Sequence record: SRR9188677_125
Length of the DNA stretch: 64,000 nt
Direction: 5' to 3' (one strand)
The translations under genes and the position numbers were made by a program. The notes below the pieces were generated by a model that did not search any database, was not told where the DNA came from, and was given only the letters and a program-made list of their open reading frames with translations. The number at the start of each line of letters is the position of its first letter. Position 1 is the stretch's first letter. Below, in pieces: positions 1-12,180 of this stretch.

Positions 1-42
1 CCACTGGGCTTCCTCCTCTTAATATCAAATAATCGGGGCTAG

Positions 43-1989
<1,947 letters not shown>

Positions 1990-2022
1990 TTATCGTAAAA
2001 AATCTATTTTTTGTGAAACGAG

Positions 2023-2030
2023 CAAATATA
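2023..2030 (-). promoter_or_regulatory. Bacteroidota sigma70 -7 element (TATATTTG) for gyrB
   Basis: Matches TAnnTTTG, ~40 nt upstream of the ATG. Confidence 0.6.
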
Positions 2031-2219
2031 CGGAAAAACATTGAATTTTCTACTATCAGTCAAGCCTCCAAACCATTCAAGTTATTAACATTTGAGGCAT
2101 TATTTCAACAAAAAAACGCCCATCAAAACTGACAGGCATTTTTAACAAACAAACTAAACTTCAATCCAAACTCAGGACATTACACCCAAGTTCTATCTTT
2201 AAGGCGAACCTTGATTTTT

Positions 2220-3905
2220 TCAACTTATAATTTGTACTTTCTCATAAGCGTCGTCATGAACGCTGGCAACAGCTCTTCCTGAAGGGTCATTAAGGTTTTT
2301 AAACGCTTCATCCCACTCTAAAGCTATTTTGGTACTACAGGCAACACTTGCTTCCTGAGGAACGCTTAAAGCGGCCGCATCGCTTGGAAAATGCTCATGA
2401 AAAATTGAGCGGTAATAATATTCTTCCTTCGATGTTGGCGTCTGGATTGGGAACTTGTATTTTGCATTAGCCAACTGTTCGTCGGAAACTGCCTCCGCGA
2501 CAACCTCTTTCAGAGTGTCGATCCAGCTGTAGCCCACACCGTCGCTGAATTGTTCTTTCTGCCTCCAGGCAACACTTTCCGGCAGCATATCTTCGAACGC
2601 TTTTCTAAGCACCCACTTTTCCATTCTTTCGCCATTGATCATTTTATCCTGCGGGTTGATGCGCATCGCAACATCCATGAATTCCTTATCCAAGAACGGC
2701 ACACGGCCTTCAATTCCCCAGGCGGCTAAGCTTTTGTTGGCACGAAGGCAATCGTACATGTGCAACTTGCTTAATTTACGAACGGTTTCTTCGTGGAACT
2801 CGCGGGCATTCGGCGCTTTGTGGAAGTATAAATAGCCTCCAAACAACTCATCCGAACCCTCTCCTGAAAGTACCATCTTAATCCCCATTGATTTAATGAC
2901 ACGAGCCATCAGATACATTGGAGTCGATGCTCTAATGGTAGTAACATCATAGGTTTCTATATTGTAGATTACATCACGTACGGCATCTAAACCTTCCTGA
3001 ATCGTGAATTTGATTTCGTGGTGGATGGTACCCAAATGATCGGCTACTTTTTGGGCTGCAGCCAAATCTGGTGAAGCTTCCAAACCAACTGCAAAAGAAT
3101 GCAATTGCGGATACCAGGCATCTACAGTATCTCCTGACTCAATCCTTTTTTGCGCATATTTTTTGGCTATAGCCGAAGTAATCGAAGAATCCAATCCGCC
3201 GGACAGTAAAACCCCATAAGGCACATCGCTCATCAGCTGACGGTGAACGGCAGCCTCCAAGGCTTTTTTGATTTCGGCTATGCTGGTTTCGTTTTCTTTA
3301 ACCGCATCGAATTCCGTCCATTCTCTTTTGTACCATTGCACAAACTCGCCGTCCTTGCTTGACATATAATGCCCAGGAGGAAACAACTGGATTTTGGTGC
3401 AGTAACCTTCCAGCGCTTTCAGCTCCGATGCCACATAGAAAGTTCCGTTTTGGTCCCACCCAATATACAACGGAATGATTCCCATGTGGTCGCGGGCTAT
3501 GAAATATTCGTCCTTTTCTACATCATAAATCGCAAATCCGAATATTCCGTTCATTTCATCTATAAAGTGTACGCCTTTCTCTTTGTATAAAGCCAAAATC
3601 ACTTCGCAGTCGCTCTCCGTCTGGAACTTATATTTTCCTTCAAATTGTTTTCGCAATTGCCTGTGGTTGTATATTTCGCCATTAGCTGCCAAGACCAAAC
3701 TTTTATCTTCACTAAACAAAGGCTGTTTTCCCGATGCCGGATCAACGATTGCCAATCTTTCATGCGACAGGATAGCTTTATCGTTACTGAACACCCCGCT
3801 CCAGTCCGGGCCGCGGTGACGGATGATTTTAGACATTTCCAATACTTTTGGCCTTAAAACTTCTGCTTTCTGTTTTAAATCAAAAGCGCAAACTATTCCA
3901 CACAT
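2220..3905 (-). CDS. asnB: Asparagine synthetase B (glutamine-hydrolysing)
   Basis: N-terminal MCGI Ntn-amidotransferase, HRGPD, SGGLDSS, SGEGSDELFGGY. Confidence 0.97.
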   Translation of the reverse strand: MCGIVCAFDLKQKAEVLRPKVLEMSKIIRHRGPDWSGVFSNDKAILSHERLAIVDPASGKQPLFSEDKSLVLAANGEIYNHRQLRKQFEGKYKFQTESDCEVILALYKEKGVHFIDEMNGIFGFAIYDVEKDEYFIARDHMGIIPLYIGWDQNGTFYVASELKALEGYCTKIQLFPPGHYMSSKDGEFVQWYKREWTEFDAVKENETSIAEIKKALEAAVHRQLMSDVPYGVLLSGGLDSSITSAIAKKYAQKRIESGDTVDAWYPQLHSFAVGLEASPDLAAAQKVADHLGTIHHEIKFTIQEGLDAVRDVIYNIETYDVTTIRASTPMYLMARVIKSMGIKMVLSGEGSDELFGGYLYFHKAPNAREFHEETVRKLSKLHMYDCLRANKSLAAWGIEGRVPFLDKEFMDVAMRINPQDKMINGERMEKWVLRKAFEDMLPESVAWRQKEQFSDGVGYSWIDTLKEVVAEAVSDEQLANAKYKFPIQTPTSKEEYYYRSIFHEHFPSDAAALSVPQEASVACSTKIALEWDEAFKNLNDPSGRAVASVHDDAYEKVQIIS

Positions 3906-4060
3906 AAACCCTTATTTTATTTTGATAAGGCAAAGATGGAATAATAGTTATAATTGAAAAACATAATTACAAATTAGATTTAAAATTAAAACCAAAAAAT
4001 AAAATAAAATAAATTTATGAAAGTACAAGTCTAGAAAATGGTGGTTTGAATTACGATTTG

Positions 4061-4510
4061 TTAGGAAACACTTTCAATCACATACCCCTTACCATTCATG
4101 TCAAAGGAATAATTGATTTCATTCCCCATAAGCTTGCTTCCCAACGGAGATTGCGGCGAAAGTGCAAAAACGGATTTATCATCGATGATTAATTTTGGAA
4201 GCGCCGAACTGATAAAAAGTAGCATTCCATTGGCTTTTACTAAACTTCCCAAAGCAACTCTTTTATGGATTTGAGAAGCATCAATCTTATCTAAAATTGC
4301 TTTTTGCCCTAGGATTTCCTTCAGCTTGTGATTCAGTTTTTCCTGCTCGAGATGCATCATGGACAAAGTCGTTTCATGCTTGTCCCCCGCTGAACCTTTG
4401 GCATCGTTCTGCGCGTCTTCCGTTAAACCCGAAATCATGTCCTGAAAGACATCTATACGATCTTGGAGCATTTGTTTGTATCGGAAAAGTATTTGTTCTT
4501 TGAAAGTCAT
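4061..4510 (-). CDS. GreA/GreB-like protein (coiled-coil with AGDKHET tip plus C-terminal Gre-type domain)
   Basis: N-terminal coiled-coil, SAGDKHET motif, C-terminal LSPQSPLGSKLMG resembling Gre SPLG..LLG. Confidence 0.7.
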   Translation of the reverse strand: MTFKEQILFRYKQMLQDRIDVFQDMISGLTEDAQNDAKGSAGDKHETTLSMMHLEQEKLNHKLKEILGQKAILDKIDASQIHKRVALGSLVKANGMLLFISSALPKLIIDDKSVFALSPQSPLGSKLMGNEINYSFDMNGKGYVIESVS

Positions 4511-4522
4511 TATATCTGAAAT

Positions 4523-4559
4523 AAAAAATCCTGCAAGGCAAAGATACCCTACAGGATTT
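4523..4559 (-). terminator. Intrinsic terminator hairpin after the barrel gene; its loop is a -7 promoter element
   Basis: Minus strand AAATCCTGTAGGG-TATCTTTG-CCTTGCAGGATTT followed by TTTAT. Confidence 0.65.
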
Positions 4560-4578
4560 ATTTTGAAATTATTTATCC

Positions 4579-6303
4579 TTAAAAATCGAATTTATAGCTT
4601 GCCCCCCCTAAAACCTGCAAGCCCTGCACAGGATAATTCAGCCATCTTTGATAATCTTGATTCGCCAAATTATTTCCTTTCAGGAAGAACGTCAATCGCT
4701 CGCTGAATTTATAGCCAACGTGCGCATTCAGGTCGAAATAGCTTTTTAAGGTTACGTTTTCTATCGGGAAAGGGAAATTCAAGGAGCTCGTGATGAACTG
4801 GTCCTTTCTTTCTCCAACAAAGAATAAGCTTGCCCCTGCGTACCATTTATCTGTAATGTTCACATCTAAAGTCGTAGCCAGCTTTATGCCCGGTAAGTTC
4901 CAGGCTTCGCTTTGCGTATCTGTAGAATAGCTGCTGAAGGTTCCGTTGATCCCGAAAGATACGTTTTTAGAAAAATCAGCTTTAAGTTCCCCGAAGAAAC
5001 TAACCGTTTTCACTCTGTCATAAACTACACCGAAGGAATTCCCGAAAGTATAGCCGTCTGAATTCGCACTGCTGTCGTCATAACCATTGCTTTTGAACAT
5101 TGCTTTCCCGTCTTCATTTTTATACGAACCGTGGATGTTGTAGCTAACGCTGCTGGCCAGTTTTCCTTTCAAACCTGCATAGATATCGTATTTTTGATCT
5201 GTTGGTGCTACGCCCAATGTTGGCGATACAAAGAAATTTTCCTGTACAAAATCGCTGTACGAATTTTGGTGCAACGTTCCTTCGATTCCGGCATAGAAAA
5301 TCATCAAATCACCCACAACTTTAAACGAACCGGTTACCTGCGGATAGATGAAGAATTTGCTCTCTCCGCCTTCCTGAGCCGAGCTGTAGAAAAAACCTGC
5401 CCCAATGTTCATTGACAGATCGCCTTTATTTATGCGGAAACTTGGCTGGAAACCAAAGTTGGTGAACCCGTATTTATAGGAACTTCCGCCACTCAGGGTC
5501 TGATCAAATGAACCGCTGATATAATCTACCACAAAATCGGCTTTGATTTTTTGCTCAACAATATCAAATTCCAAAGACGGCTTGGCTACAAACCGGTTTT
5601 CCGCCGAACCGAAAGCATCCCAGAAACGGCTGAATTTCACCGAGCTTTCTTTCAAGACATCACTTAAACCTAATCTTCCGCCAACGTATAAGGTATGGTA
5701 AGTCTGTTGCTCATCAATGGTAGCTATAGTGGCTTCATCAAAGGCGGGATGTGCCCCGTACCAGTTGTAGACTTGGTTTTTATACCCTAAATCAGCATTC
5801 CACGACATTCCTTTCGTCCTGCTTCCGTAAGTCAAATCCAAAGAGGTATTGAAGAATTTATCGTCCAGATACACCTCCTTGATTCCGCCCTGCGAAGAAT
5901 TATGGCGCAGCATTCCACCAAAATAATCGGTGTTGCTTAGGTTTTCCGTAATGAAAAGCTCCGCATTTACCGTTCCGTAATTCCCTGCTCCGAGAGTCAA
6001 ATAATTGCTGAAGATTTTCTCGGCAGCGCTTTTATCAACGTTGGCTGCCTTGCCTTTAGCCGGAGCAAAAGTCGAAGCTACCGGAAACGAGAAAATATTG
6101 TACTGGATGTTCTCTTTTTTTGCGGTTTCCTCATCGTCCAGAGTTGGCGTTTCCTTTACTTTAAATGCATCTGAAATCGATGGCGAATAAGGTTTCACCA
6201 CGTTTACAACTTCGGTTCCTATATTGTCGTCCTTCTTTTGTGCGATTGCAATTTGACCTACACAAAGAACTGCAATTACTGGTATATATTTTAACTGTTT
6301 CAT
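4579..6303 (-). CDS. Outer-membrane beta-barrel protein (TonB-dependent-receptor-like barrel, short)
   Basis: Signal peptide ending AQ, amphipathic beta-strand pattern, TBDR-like C-terminus (NNLANQDY...GASYKFDF) with terminal Phe. Confidence 0.75.
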   Translation of the reverse strand: MKQLKYIPVIAVLCVGQIAIAQKKDDNIGTEVVNVVKPYSPSISDAFKVKETPTLDDEETAKKENIQYNIFSFPVASTFAPAKGKAANVDKSAAEKIFSNYLTLGAGNYGTVNAELFITENLSNTDYFGGMLRHNSSQGGIKEVYLDDKFFNTSLDLTYGSRTKGMSWNADLGYKNQVYNWYGAHPAFDEATIATIDEQQTYHTLYVGGRLGLSDVLKESSVKFSRFWDAFGSAENRFVAKPSLEFDIVEQKIKADFVVDYISGSFDQTLSGGSSYKYGFTNFGFQPSFRINKGDLSMNIGAGFFYSSAQEGGESKFFIYPQVTGSFKVVGDLMIFYAGIEGTLHQNSYSDFVQENFFVSPTLGVAPTDQKYDIYAGLKGKLASSVSYNIHGSYKNEDGKAMFKSNGYDDSSANSDGYTFGNSFGVVYDRVKTVSFFGELKADFSKNVSFGINGTFSSYSTDTQSEAWNLPGIKLATTLDVNITDKWYAGASLFFVGERKDQFITSSLNFPFPIENVTLKSYFDLNAHVGYKFSERLTFFLKGNNLANQDYQRWLNYPVQGLQVLGGASYKFDF

Positions 6304-6322
6304 AGTTATAGATTCTTTGGGC

Positions 6323-9300
6323 TTATTCCGTTAATGATGAATTCGTTTTAGCAGCTTCTCCTTTTACGATGCTCAATTCCGTCTGGGCTTCCTGCACTAC
6401 ATCCGGGAAATCTTTGAAGTTTTTGATTACGCTGTCCAAAATGGAGGTCGCACTGAAATTATCTTTCAGTTGGAAATAATTTTTCGCCATCACAATCAAA
6501 CCTTTAGCACCAAAATATTTGTAGCCGGAATAATCCTTTGCCAGTTTCTGAACGGTTTTATTCGAATCCTCATATTTGCCGTCCTTGTTTTTGAAATAGG
6601 CATCATAATACAAAGCTTCGGCGGCCAATTCTCCTTTGGCGATGGTCAACAATTTCGCGTAAGCCGTTCTTGCTTTTGGTTCGTCATTCACTTTTATCGC
6701 AGCACGTGCCACAATAATCTGAGCATCACTTTTGATCTTGTTGTCCGTTTTTGGATTGGCTAAAACTTTATCCGCATAAACCACCGCATTCGAATAATCC
6801 TTCTGGTCGTAATAGGTACGCATCAGATTCGCCTGCGCAAAAGTTACGTTCTGAGGAAAATCCGCTTCGGATTCCAAACGCTGCAATACCGGAAGTGCTT
6901 TGCCATAATCATTCTTTTTCAGATGGATTTCAGCCAAACGCGCCAACGACTGCTCTGTAAACTCGTTTCTTGATTTTCCGATTACAAATTCATAATTCGG
7001 GACGGAATTAGCTTCTTTTCCATCAGCATATAAAGACTGAGCCAGATAGAAATTCGCTTTTAGGGAATGTAACCCGTTTGGAAATTGGGAAACATACCCG
7101 CCCAAACTTGTGATAGCTGCCTTTGTATTATTCTGTAAATATTGCTTTTCAGCCGCTTCATAAGTATCGTTATCCAGATCGGCATCCGAAACTTCAACAA
7201 AATCCAAAGTTCTTACCCAAGCCGCATATTCATTGACTTTTCCAATATCCATATAAACCAATCTTGCTGTAGAAACTGCTTCCGAAGCTTCCGGCGTTCT
7301 TGGATATTTGGCGGCCACTTCCTTGAATTTGGCGATGGCCTGCTCGTTTTTCTGTCCATTATAATAAACCAATCCCTGGCGCAGGATCGCTTTCGAGGCA
7401 AATGATCCGTTTTTGAATTCAGAAATCAACTGGTCGTAAGTCTTGATGGCCATATCGGCTTTGTTTTCGGTAACGTAAGTATTTCCTAGCTCAAACAAGG
7501 CATCATCGCGGTATTTAGAGGTTTTGAATTTCGCTAAAAACGCATTGAAATCCTCAATCTTCTTATCGTTCTTACCCACAAATCCGTAGCTCAAAGCTTT
7601 TTGGAAAGCCGCATAATCCGCATCAATCCCTTTCATTTCTATGGCTTTGTTGTAAGCATCCATCGCCGGCCAGTATTTTGCAGTTACGAAACGGCTGTCA
7701 CCCAGTCTCAGGTAAGCATCGTTCAGACGGGTTTTGTCGTCTTTGGGTCCGTCCACATATTTCTGGAAATAATTCCCGGCCTGGTCGTATTCTTTCTGTT
7801 TGAAGTACGAATAAGCCAAATTGTAATTGAAGTTTTTAAACTCCGGAGTATTCTTGGCTTCCGCCGATGCTTCGAACTGTTTGAAACTGGTGGTCGCGTC
7901 ATTGAAATTATCCAATACATATTCTGTTTCCCCTTTCCAGAAAGTCGCGCGGGCAGTAATCGTTCCGTTTCTTGGGTTGGCTACCGATTTTCTGAACATG
8001 CTCAATGCTTCCTGATAATTACCGTCTGTGTACAATTCGATTCCTCTGTAAAATAGTACTTTTTGATACGCTACCTTATTTTCCGGCGAATTGTTTTTCT
8101 CAAGCAAAGCCAACGCAGCCTTATAATTTTTAGAGGTGATATAAGAATTGATCAGAAGATTTTCGATTTCTGCTTTTGCCGGTGAAGTTGGGTATTTTTG
8201 TAAAAATGCTGACAAAACATCCGGTACGCTCTGGTAGGAATTCCCGATTTCATAACTCAATTTGGCGTAATTAAGATTAGCGTCTTCCTGGATTTTTTTA
8301 TCGAAATCCATTTCCGAAGCACTTTTGAAGGCGTTCAGCGCCTGTTGTTTTTTGTCGGTTTTGAAATAACATTCCCCCAAATGATAGTAGGCATTCTGTG
8401 CTACAGAATCTTTCCCGTCAATGATTTTATTGAACTGGGCAATCGCATTTTCGTAGTCTTTCTGCTTGTAATAAGTATACCCTAACTGATAGAAATCAGT
8501 ATTGCTCCATTTTCCTTTTTTACCCTTATATTCTTTCAGATAAGGCAAAGCCTTGTCGTATTGCTGTAAATTGAAATAGCTTTCCCCGATGATTTTGTTC
8601 AGCTCCGATTTTTCCATCGCATTGGATTTGGGCATCGCGGTCATTCCGGCATCGATCGCCTTTTGGAAATTCCCTTCTTTAAAAGCCATATCTGCTTTAA
8701 AATAGGACAGCTTCTCTGAATATTTTTCTTCGGTTTCCACCTGCTGGAAGTATTTATTGGCTTCTTTGTAATCGTTCCCGTCATAAGCCATAAAGCCTAA
8801 ATAATACTTCGCCTGAGTCCCGTATTCCTTAGAATTTTCGACTTTTTTAAAATAATCCATGGCTTCTTTTTTGTTTCCGGCCGTAAAATTGGCATAGCCT
8901 TTCTGGAACGTGAATTTTTCCTCCTGCTCGTAGGACAAAGAGCTTTCATCCACTTTTTCGAAGTATTGTAACGCCTGCGGGAATTTCCCCTGCTCAAAAT
9001 AATACTGCGCCACTTCAACGTAAGCTTGGTTTTGCTTGGAACTTGTTGGGTAATCCGCAATGAATTTCTCCACCAGTTCGTCAGCATTGTTCTGGTTCAG
9101 ATGGATGGCGCAAATACCAATGTAATAAGCACAATCGGACTGCACATCCTGCGAATTATTTTCCTGCTTCACTCTTTCAAAAAGAATCTGGGCAGACTGG
9201 TATTGCTTGTCCTTAAACAATTTTACCGCATTGTCAAACTCAGACAAATTATTGGTATAAATGGCAGATTGCTGCGCAGAAAGCTGCGGGATTCCGGCCA

Positions 9301-9346
9301 TGAAAAACATAAAAAATAACATTAAAACTTTGCGCATAATTTTCAT
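6323..9346 (-). CDS. Large exported tetratricopeptide-repeat protein (1007 aa)
   Basis: Signal peptide, many TPR units (AYYHLGECY, ALFELGNTY, ANFYLAQSLY), BamD/CpoB-like 'KYP.S' turns. Confidence 0.85.
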   Translation of the reverse strand: MKIMRKVLMLFFMFFMAGIPQLSAQQSAIYTNNLSEFDNAVKLFKDKQYQSAQILFERVKQENNSQDVQSDCAYYIGICAIHLNQNNADELVEKFIADYPTSSKQNQAYVEVAQYYFEQGKFPQALQYFEKVDESSLSYEQEEKFTFQKGYANFTAGNKKEAMDYFKKVENSKEYGTQAKYYLGFMAYDGNDYKEANKYFQQVETEEKYSEKLSYFKADMAFKEGNFQKAIDAGMTAMPKSNAMEKSELNKIIGESYFNLQQYDKALPYLKEYKGKKGKWSNTDFYQLGYTYYKQKDYENAIAQFNKIIDGKDSVAQNAYYHLGECYFKTDKKQQALNAFKSASEMDFDKKIQEDANLNYAKLSYEIGNSYQSVPDVLSAFLQKYPTSPAKAEIENLLINSYITSKNYKAALALLEKNNSPENKVAYQKVLFYRGIELYTDGNYQEALSMFRKSVANPRNGTITARATFWKGETEYVLDNFNDATTSFKQFEASAEAKNTPEFKNFNYNLAYSYFKQKEYDQAGNYFQKYVDGPKDDKTRLNDAYLRLGDSRFVTAKYWPAMDAYNKAIEMKGIDADYAAFQKALSYGFVGKNDKKIEDFNAFLAKFKTSKYRDDALFELGNTYVTENKADMAIKTYDQLISEFKNGSFASKAILRQGLVYYNGQKNEQAIAKFKEVAAKYPRTPEASEAVSTARLVYMDIGKVNEYAAWVRTLDFVEVSDADLDNDTYEAAEKQYLQNNTKAAITSLGGYVSQFPNGLHSLKANFYLAQSLYADGKEANSVPNYEFVIGKSRNEFTEQSLARLAEIHLKKNDYGKALPVLQRLESEADFPQNVTFAQANLMRTYYDQKDYSNAVVYADKVLANPKTDNKIKSDAQIIVARAAIKVNDEPKARTAYAKLLTIAKGELAAEALYYDAYFKNKDGKYEDSNKTVQKLAKDYSGYKYFGAKGLIVMAKNYFQLKDNFSATSILDSVIKNFKDFPDVVQEAQTELSIVKGEAAKTNSSLTE

Positions 9347-9501
9347 TTTAATTTATCCAAAAATAGCATCCTAATACCTATAACGTAAAAACGCCCGGAT
9401 TTATTATAAACATTCTTGTAAACAATTTCCTTTTCAACATTAGAATTTGGCTATTAGGTTTTTAGAACGAAACTTTATCATTTTTTTAACGGGCTGTATA
9501 A

Positions 9502-9530
9502 TTTGGATTTTGGATTTTGGATTTTGGGAT
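9502..9530 (+). repeat. Heptamer tandem repeat (TTTGGAT)x3 + TTTGGGAT
   Basis: Read directly in the TPR/ftsE intergenic region. Confidence 0.8.
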
Positions 9531-9567
9531 TTTTATTTACTATTTTTACCCAATAAACATTTTATCC

Positions 9568-10251
9568 ATGTCACAAACAGTTTTATCCCTAAAAAACGTA
9601 ACGATCTACCAAGAAAACAGAGTGATTTTGTCACAGATCAATCTTGAGGTCAAAGAAGGTGAATTCCTTTATATCATCGGTAAAACCGGAACTGGAAAAA
9701 GTAGTTTTATGAAAACACTCTATGGCGATCTGCAGCTGACAACCGGCCACGGAAGCATTGTTGGCTACGATTTGCTTAATTTAAAAGAAAGTGAAATTCC
9801 GTTCCTCAGAAGGAAAATCGGGATCGTTTTCCAGGATTTTCAATTATTGCCGGATCGAAACGTAAACGAAAACATGCTGTTTGTACTAAAAGCAACCGGC
9901 TGGACCGATAAAACCGAAATGCAGGTCAAAATCGACGAAGTACTGGATCGCGTTGGTCTGAAAAGCATCAGCAATAAAATGCCGCACCAGCTTTCGGGCG
10001 GGGAACAGCAAAGGGTTGCCATCGCAAGGGCTTTATTGAACGACCCGGAATTGATCCTGGCGGACGAACCTACCGGAAACCTTGACCCGCAAACGAGTGC
10101 TGAGATTTTGGGCGTTCTCAAGAAAATCAACGACAACGGAAAAACGGTAATCATGGCAACGCACGATTATGCGGTAATCATGAAATTCCCTGCCAAAACC
10201 CTGAAATGCGAAGACAATACCATTTTTGAAGTGGTGCAGAAAACGGTCTAA
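9568..10251 (+). CDS. ftsE: FtsE-like ABC ATP-binding protein
   Basis: Walker [45 protein letters not shown]; start moved to the ATG at 9568. Confidence 0.8.
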   Translation: MSQTVLSLKNVTIYQENRVILSQINLEVKEGEFLYIIGKTGTGKSSFMKTLYGDLQLTTGHGSIVGYDLLNLKESEIPFLRRKIGIVFQDFQLLPDRNVNENMLFVLKATGWTDKTEMQVKIDEVLDRVGLKSISNKMPHQLSGGEQQRVAIARALLNDPELILADEPTGNLDPQTSAEILGVLKKINDNGKTVIMATHDYAVIMKFPAKTLKCEDNTIFEVVQKTV

Positions 10252-11063
10252 TCCTTTTTTTTATAAACGTGTGGGTTTTCCTTAATCCCTTTTTTAAAGA
10301 TCTTGCGCAGGTTCATCCGCAGGAATGTATCCAGCTGCAAAAGCAAATCGGAGAATTTATTTTCGGGTCTTCCGCGGAATGACGTCACGTGGAATCTATC
10401 CGACTCCTTCAAAGGCGTTTGGGCAAAATAATAATTAGACACACAACGTCGGAAACCATCAAAAACAACCGGAGAAACCGAGTGCAGCGAATCGTTATGG
10501 GTTTCCATGACAGCCAGTCGGTTGAATTTGCTGTGGATGGTAATCTGTTTGTTTTTTAAGCCGTTGGGCCAAAGTTCAAGGTTGCCTCCGTTTTCCTCTT
10601 TCCAATCCGGAGTAACGTAATATAATAAATTCAAAACACGCCACAGGTTGCGGTCCTTGTCATGCGAATTATCCAGATGCGGATTCAAAAACTGTTTATT
10701 GCCCATGAGGGAAATTCCGCCTGCATAAAGATTTTCATCCGGGATCGGGTTTTCTATCTGACAGATTTCACCAATGATTTTCACTATCCTTTCATCCTGA
10801 AAAGCATAAATCGTTTCCTCCAGCAACGGATCGTACAGATTCATCTGGGCCGCAATGTATTTGTCTTCACGCAGGCTTTTTTTCAATACCATTTCTTCCG
10901 GTTTTGGAAAGACACTATAAACCTGATGTGCAACATCGGCTGGCAGGAGATCATCAATAAAAAAACATCCAATCGAGCCTGATTGCCGGAATTGGTTCTT
11001 TAGGTTTTCCTTTTCGGCTACTAATCTTTCAAAGATCAAATCGGCTAATTGGGTTCTGTTCAT
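10248..11063 (-). CDS. 2OG-Fe(II) oxygenase
   Basis: HLD...H facial triad (PHLDNSHD, LHSVS), GGNLELW, FNRLAV. Confidence 0.8.
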   Translation of the reverse strand: MNRTQLADLIFERLVAEKENLKNQFRQSGSIGCFFIDDLLPADVAHQVYSVFPKPEEMVLKKSLREDKYIAAQMNLYDPLLEETIYAFQDERIVKIIGEICQIENPIPDENLYAGGISLMGNKQFLNPHLDNSHDKDRNLWRVLNLLYYVTPDWKEENGGNLELWPNGLKNKQITIHSKFNRLAVMETHNDSLHSVSPVVFDGFRRCVSNYYFAQTPLKESDRFHVTSFRGRPENKFSDLLLQLDTFLRMNLRKIFKKGIKENPHVYKKKD

Positions 11064-12180
11064 GGCTAAAATTTATTTTTTCTTCAATCAGTTTCGCATT
11101 TTCCTTGTCGTTCAGCACGCTTGTTAAAACTTTTTTCCTTGTTTCGTTCTGTAAATACGGCTTGTCTTTCAAACTTCTTATTTTATGGACAAATTCCTGT
11201 TTTGTCTCGGCAATTTCACAAAGCGAAACCACTTCAGCATCATCAATCATATTGCTGTTAACCAGGCAAAATCGGCTTTTAAACAACGAATTAATGACTT
11301 TAAGCTTCGTCCCGGATTCCTGAAAAGACAGCATTACATTGATGTGTGCATCCGAAAACAACTCATCCAGATGCTTTCCATTTTCGATTTCGACGAACGC
11401 TACATTGGGCAAACCTTTTGCATTGCTTTCAATAAGCTGCTTTCCGTTTGAAGACGCGATAATCAGGTTGTAATCCGGGATTTCCTTAAAGGCATCAATC
11501 AAAAACTGCGCTGCCCGTTTGTTGTCAGACAATCGTAAATCACCATGGTAAAAGGCATATTTTCCATATTCCGAAAGTGCTGCATTGGTTTCATTTCCGT
11601 GGAAAACCGGAACATAAGTACAGTTTTCAGTCATTTTTTTGGCCTCATCGAATTCATAGCGCGAAAGCGCAAAAGTGTGGTCAAAATCGGGAATTGTTTT
11701 CTGGTAATTGAGGTATTTTCTGGCTACGAAATAATACAAAACTTTCTTTACCAGATTCGTTTCGCTCCTACTCATTCCAGCATAAAAGTTAGATTCTATA
11801 TTGTGCAGGCGCAAGTACTTTTTATTGTCGAGATTGGCTTTTCTAAGAACCATTGTAGAATGCAGCCCTTCAAACAAAATGGGTGCATCATGCTTCTTTA
11901 TATTTCCGATCAAAGCTTTGTCAAATCTACAAATAACGGGTAACGGGTACTTCGAAAAAACGAATAACGGATTCTTATTCTTCTTGTACAGATAAACTTT
12001 TTCAGTTATCGCTTTGAGTTCAGCAGAAACCTCGCTCCTGTACTCATAATAACAATGCAGGTAAATGGTGAATCCCAATGAATGCAATGCTTTCACTTTG
12101 TAGTAAACATCAATCACACCGCCAAAATCTGGAGGAAACGGATTCTCAAAACTGATGATATGTAACTCTTTTTTCTGCAT
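11029..12180 (-). CDS. Glycosyltransferase, GT-B fold (GT4-like)
   Basis: PFPPDFGGVIDVYY N-terminus, LHNIE, SGTKLKVINSL; start at MQKKEL. Confidence 0.7.
   Translation of the reverse strand: MQKKELHIISFENPFPPDFGGVIDVYYKVKALHSLGFTIYLHCYYEYRSEVSAELKAITEKVYLYKKNKNPLFVFSKYPLPVICRFDKALIGNIKKHDAPILFEGLHSTMVLRKANLDNKKYLRLHNIESNFYAGMSRSETNLVKKVLYYFVARKYLNYQKTIPDFDHTFALSRYEFDEAKKMTENCTYVPVFHGNETNAALSEYGKYAFYHGDLRLSDNKRAAQFLIDAFKEIPDYNLIIASSNGKQLIESNAKGLPNVAFVEIENGKHLDELFSDAHINVMLSFQESGTKLKVINSLFKSRFCLVNSNMIDDAEVVSLCEIAETKQEFVHKIRSLKDKPYLQNETRKKVLTSVLNDKENAKLIEEKINFSHEQNPISRFDL

Noticed and set aside
2109..2143. Possible terminator after asnB
   Set aside because: The stem has several mismatches; too weak to call.
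3960..4020. AT-rich AAAAT repeats upstream of asnB
   Set aside because: Low-complexity promoter DNA expected in an AT-rich genome.
9517..9567. Upstream extension of ftsE in the ORF track; similar extensions for RDD, fur, prmA and OmpA paralog 1
   Set aside because: The extensions run through repeats, promoter elements or the neighbouring gene; downstream ATGs fit the family N-termini better.
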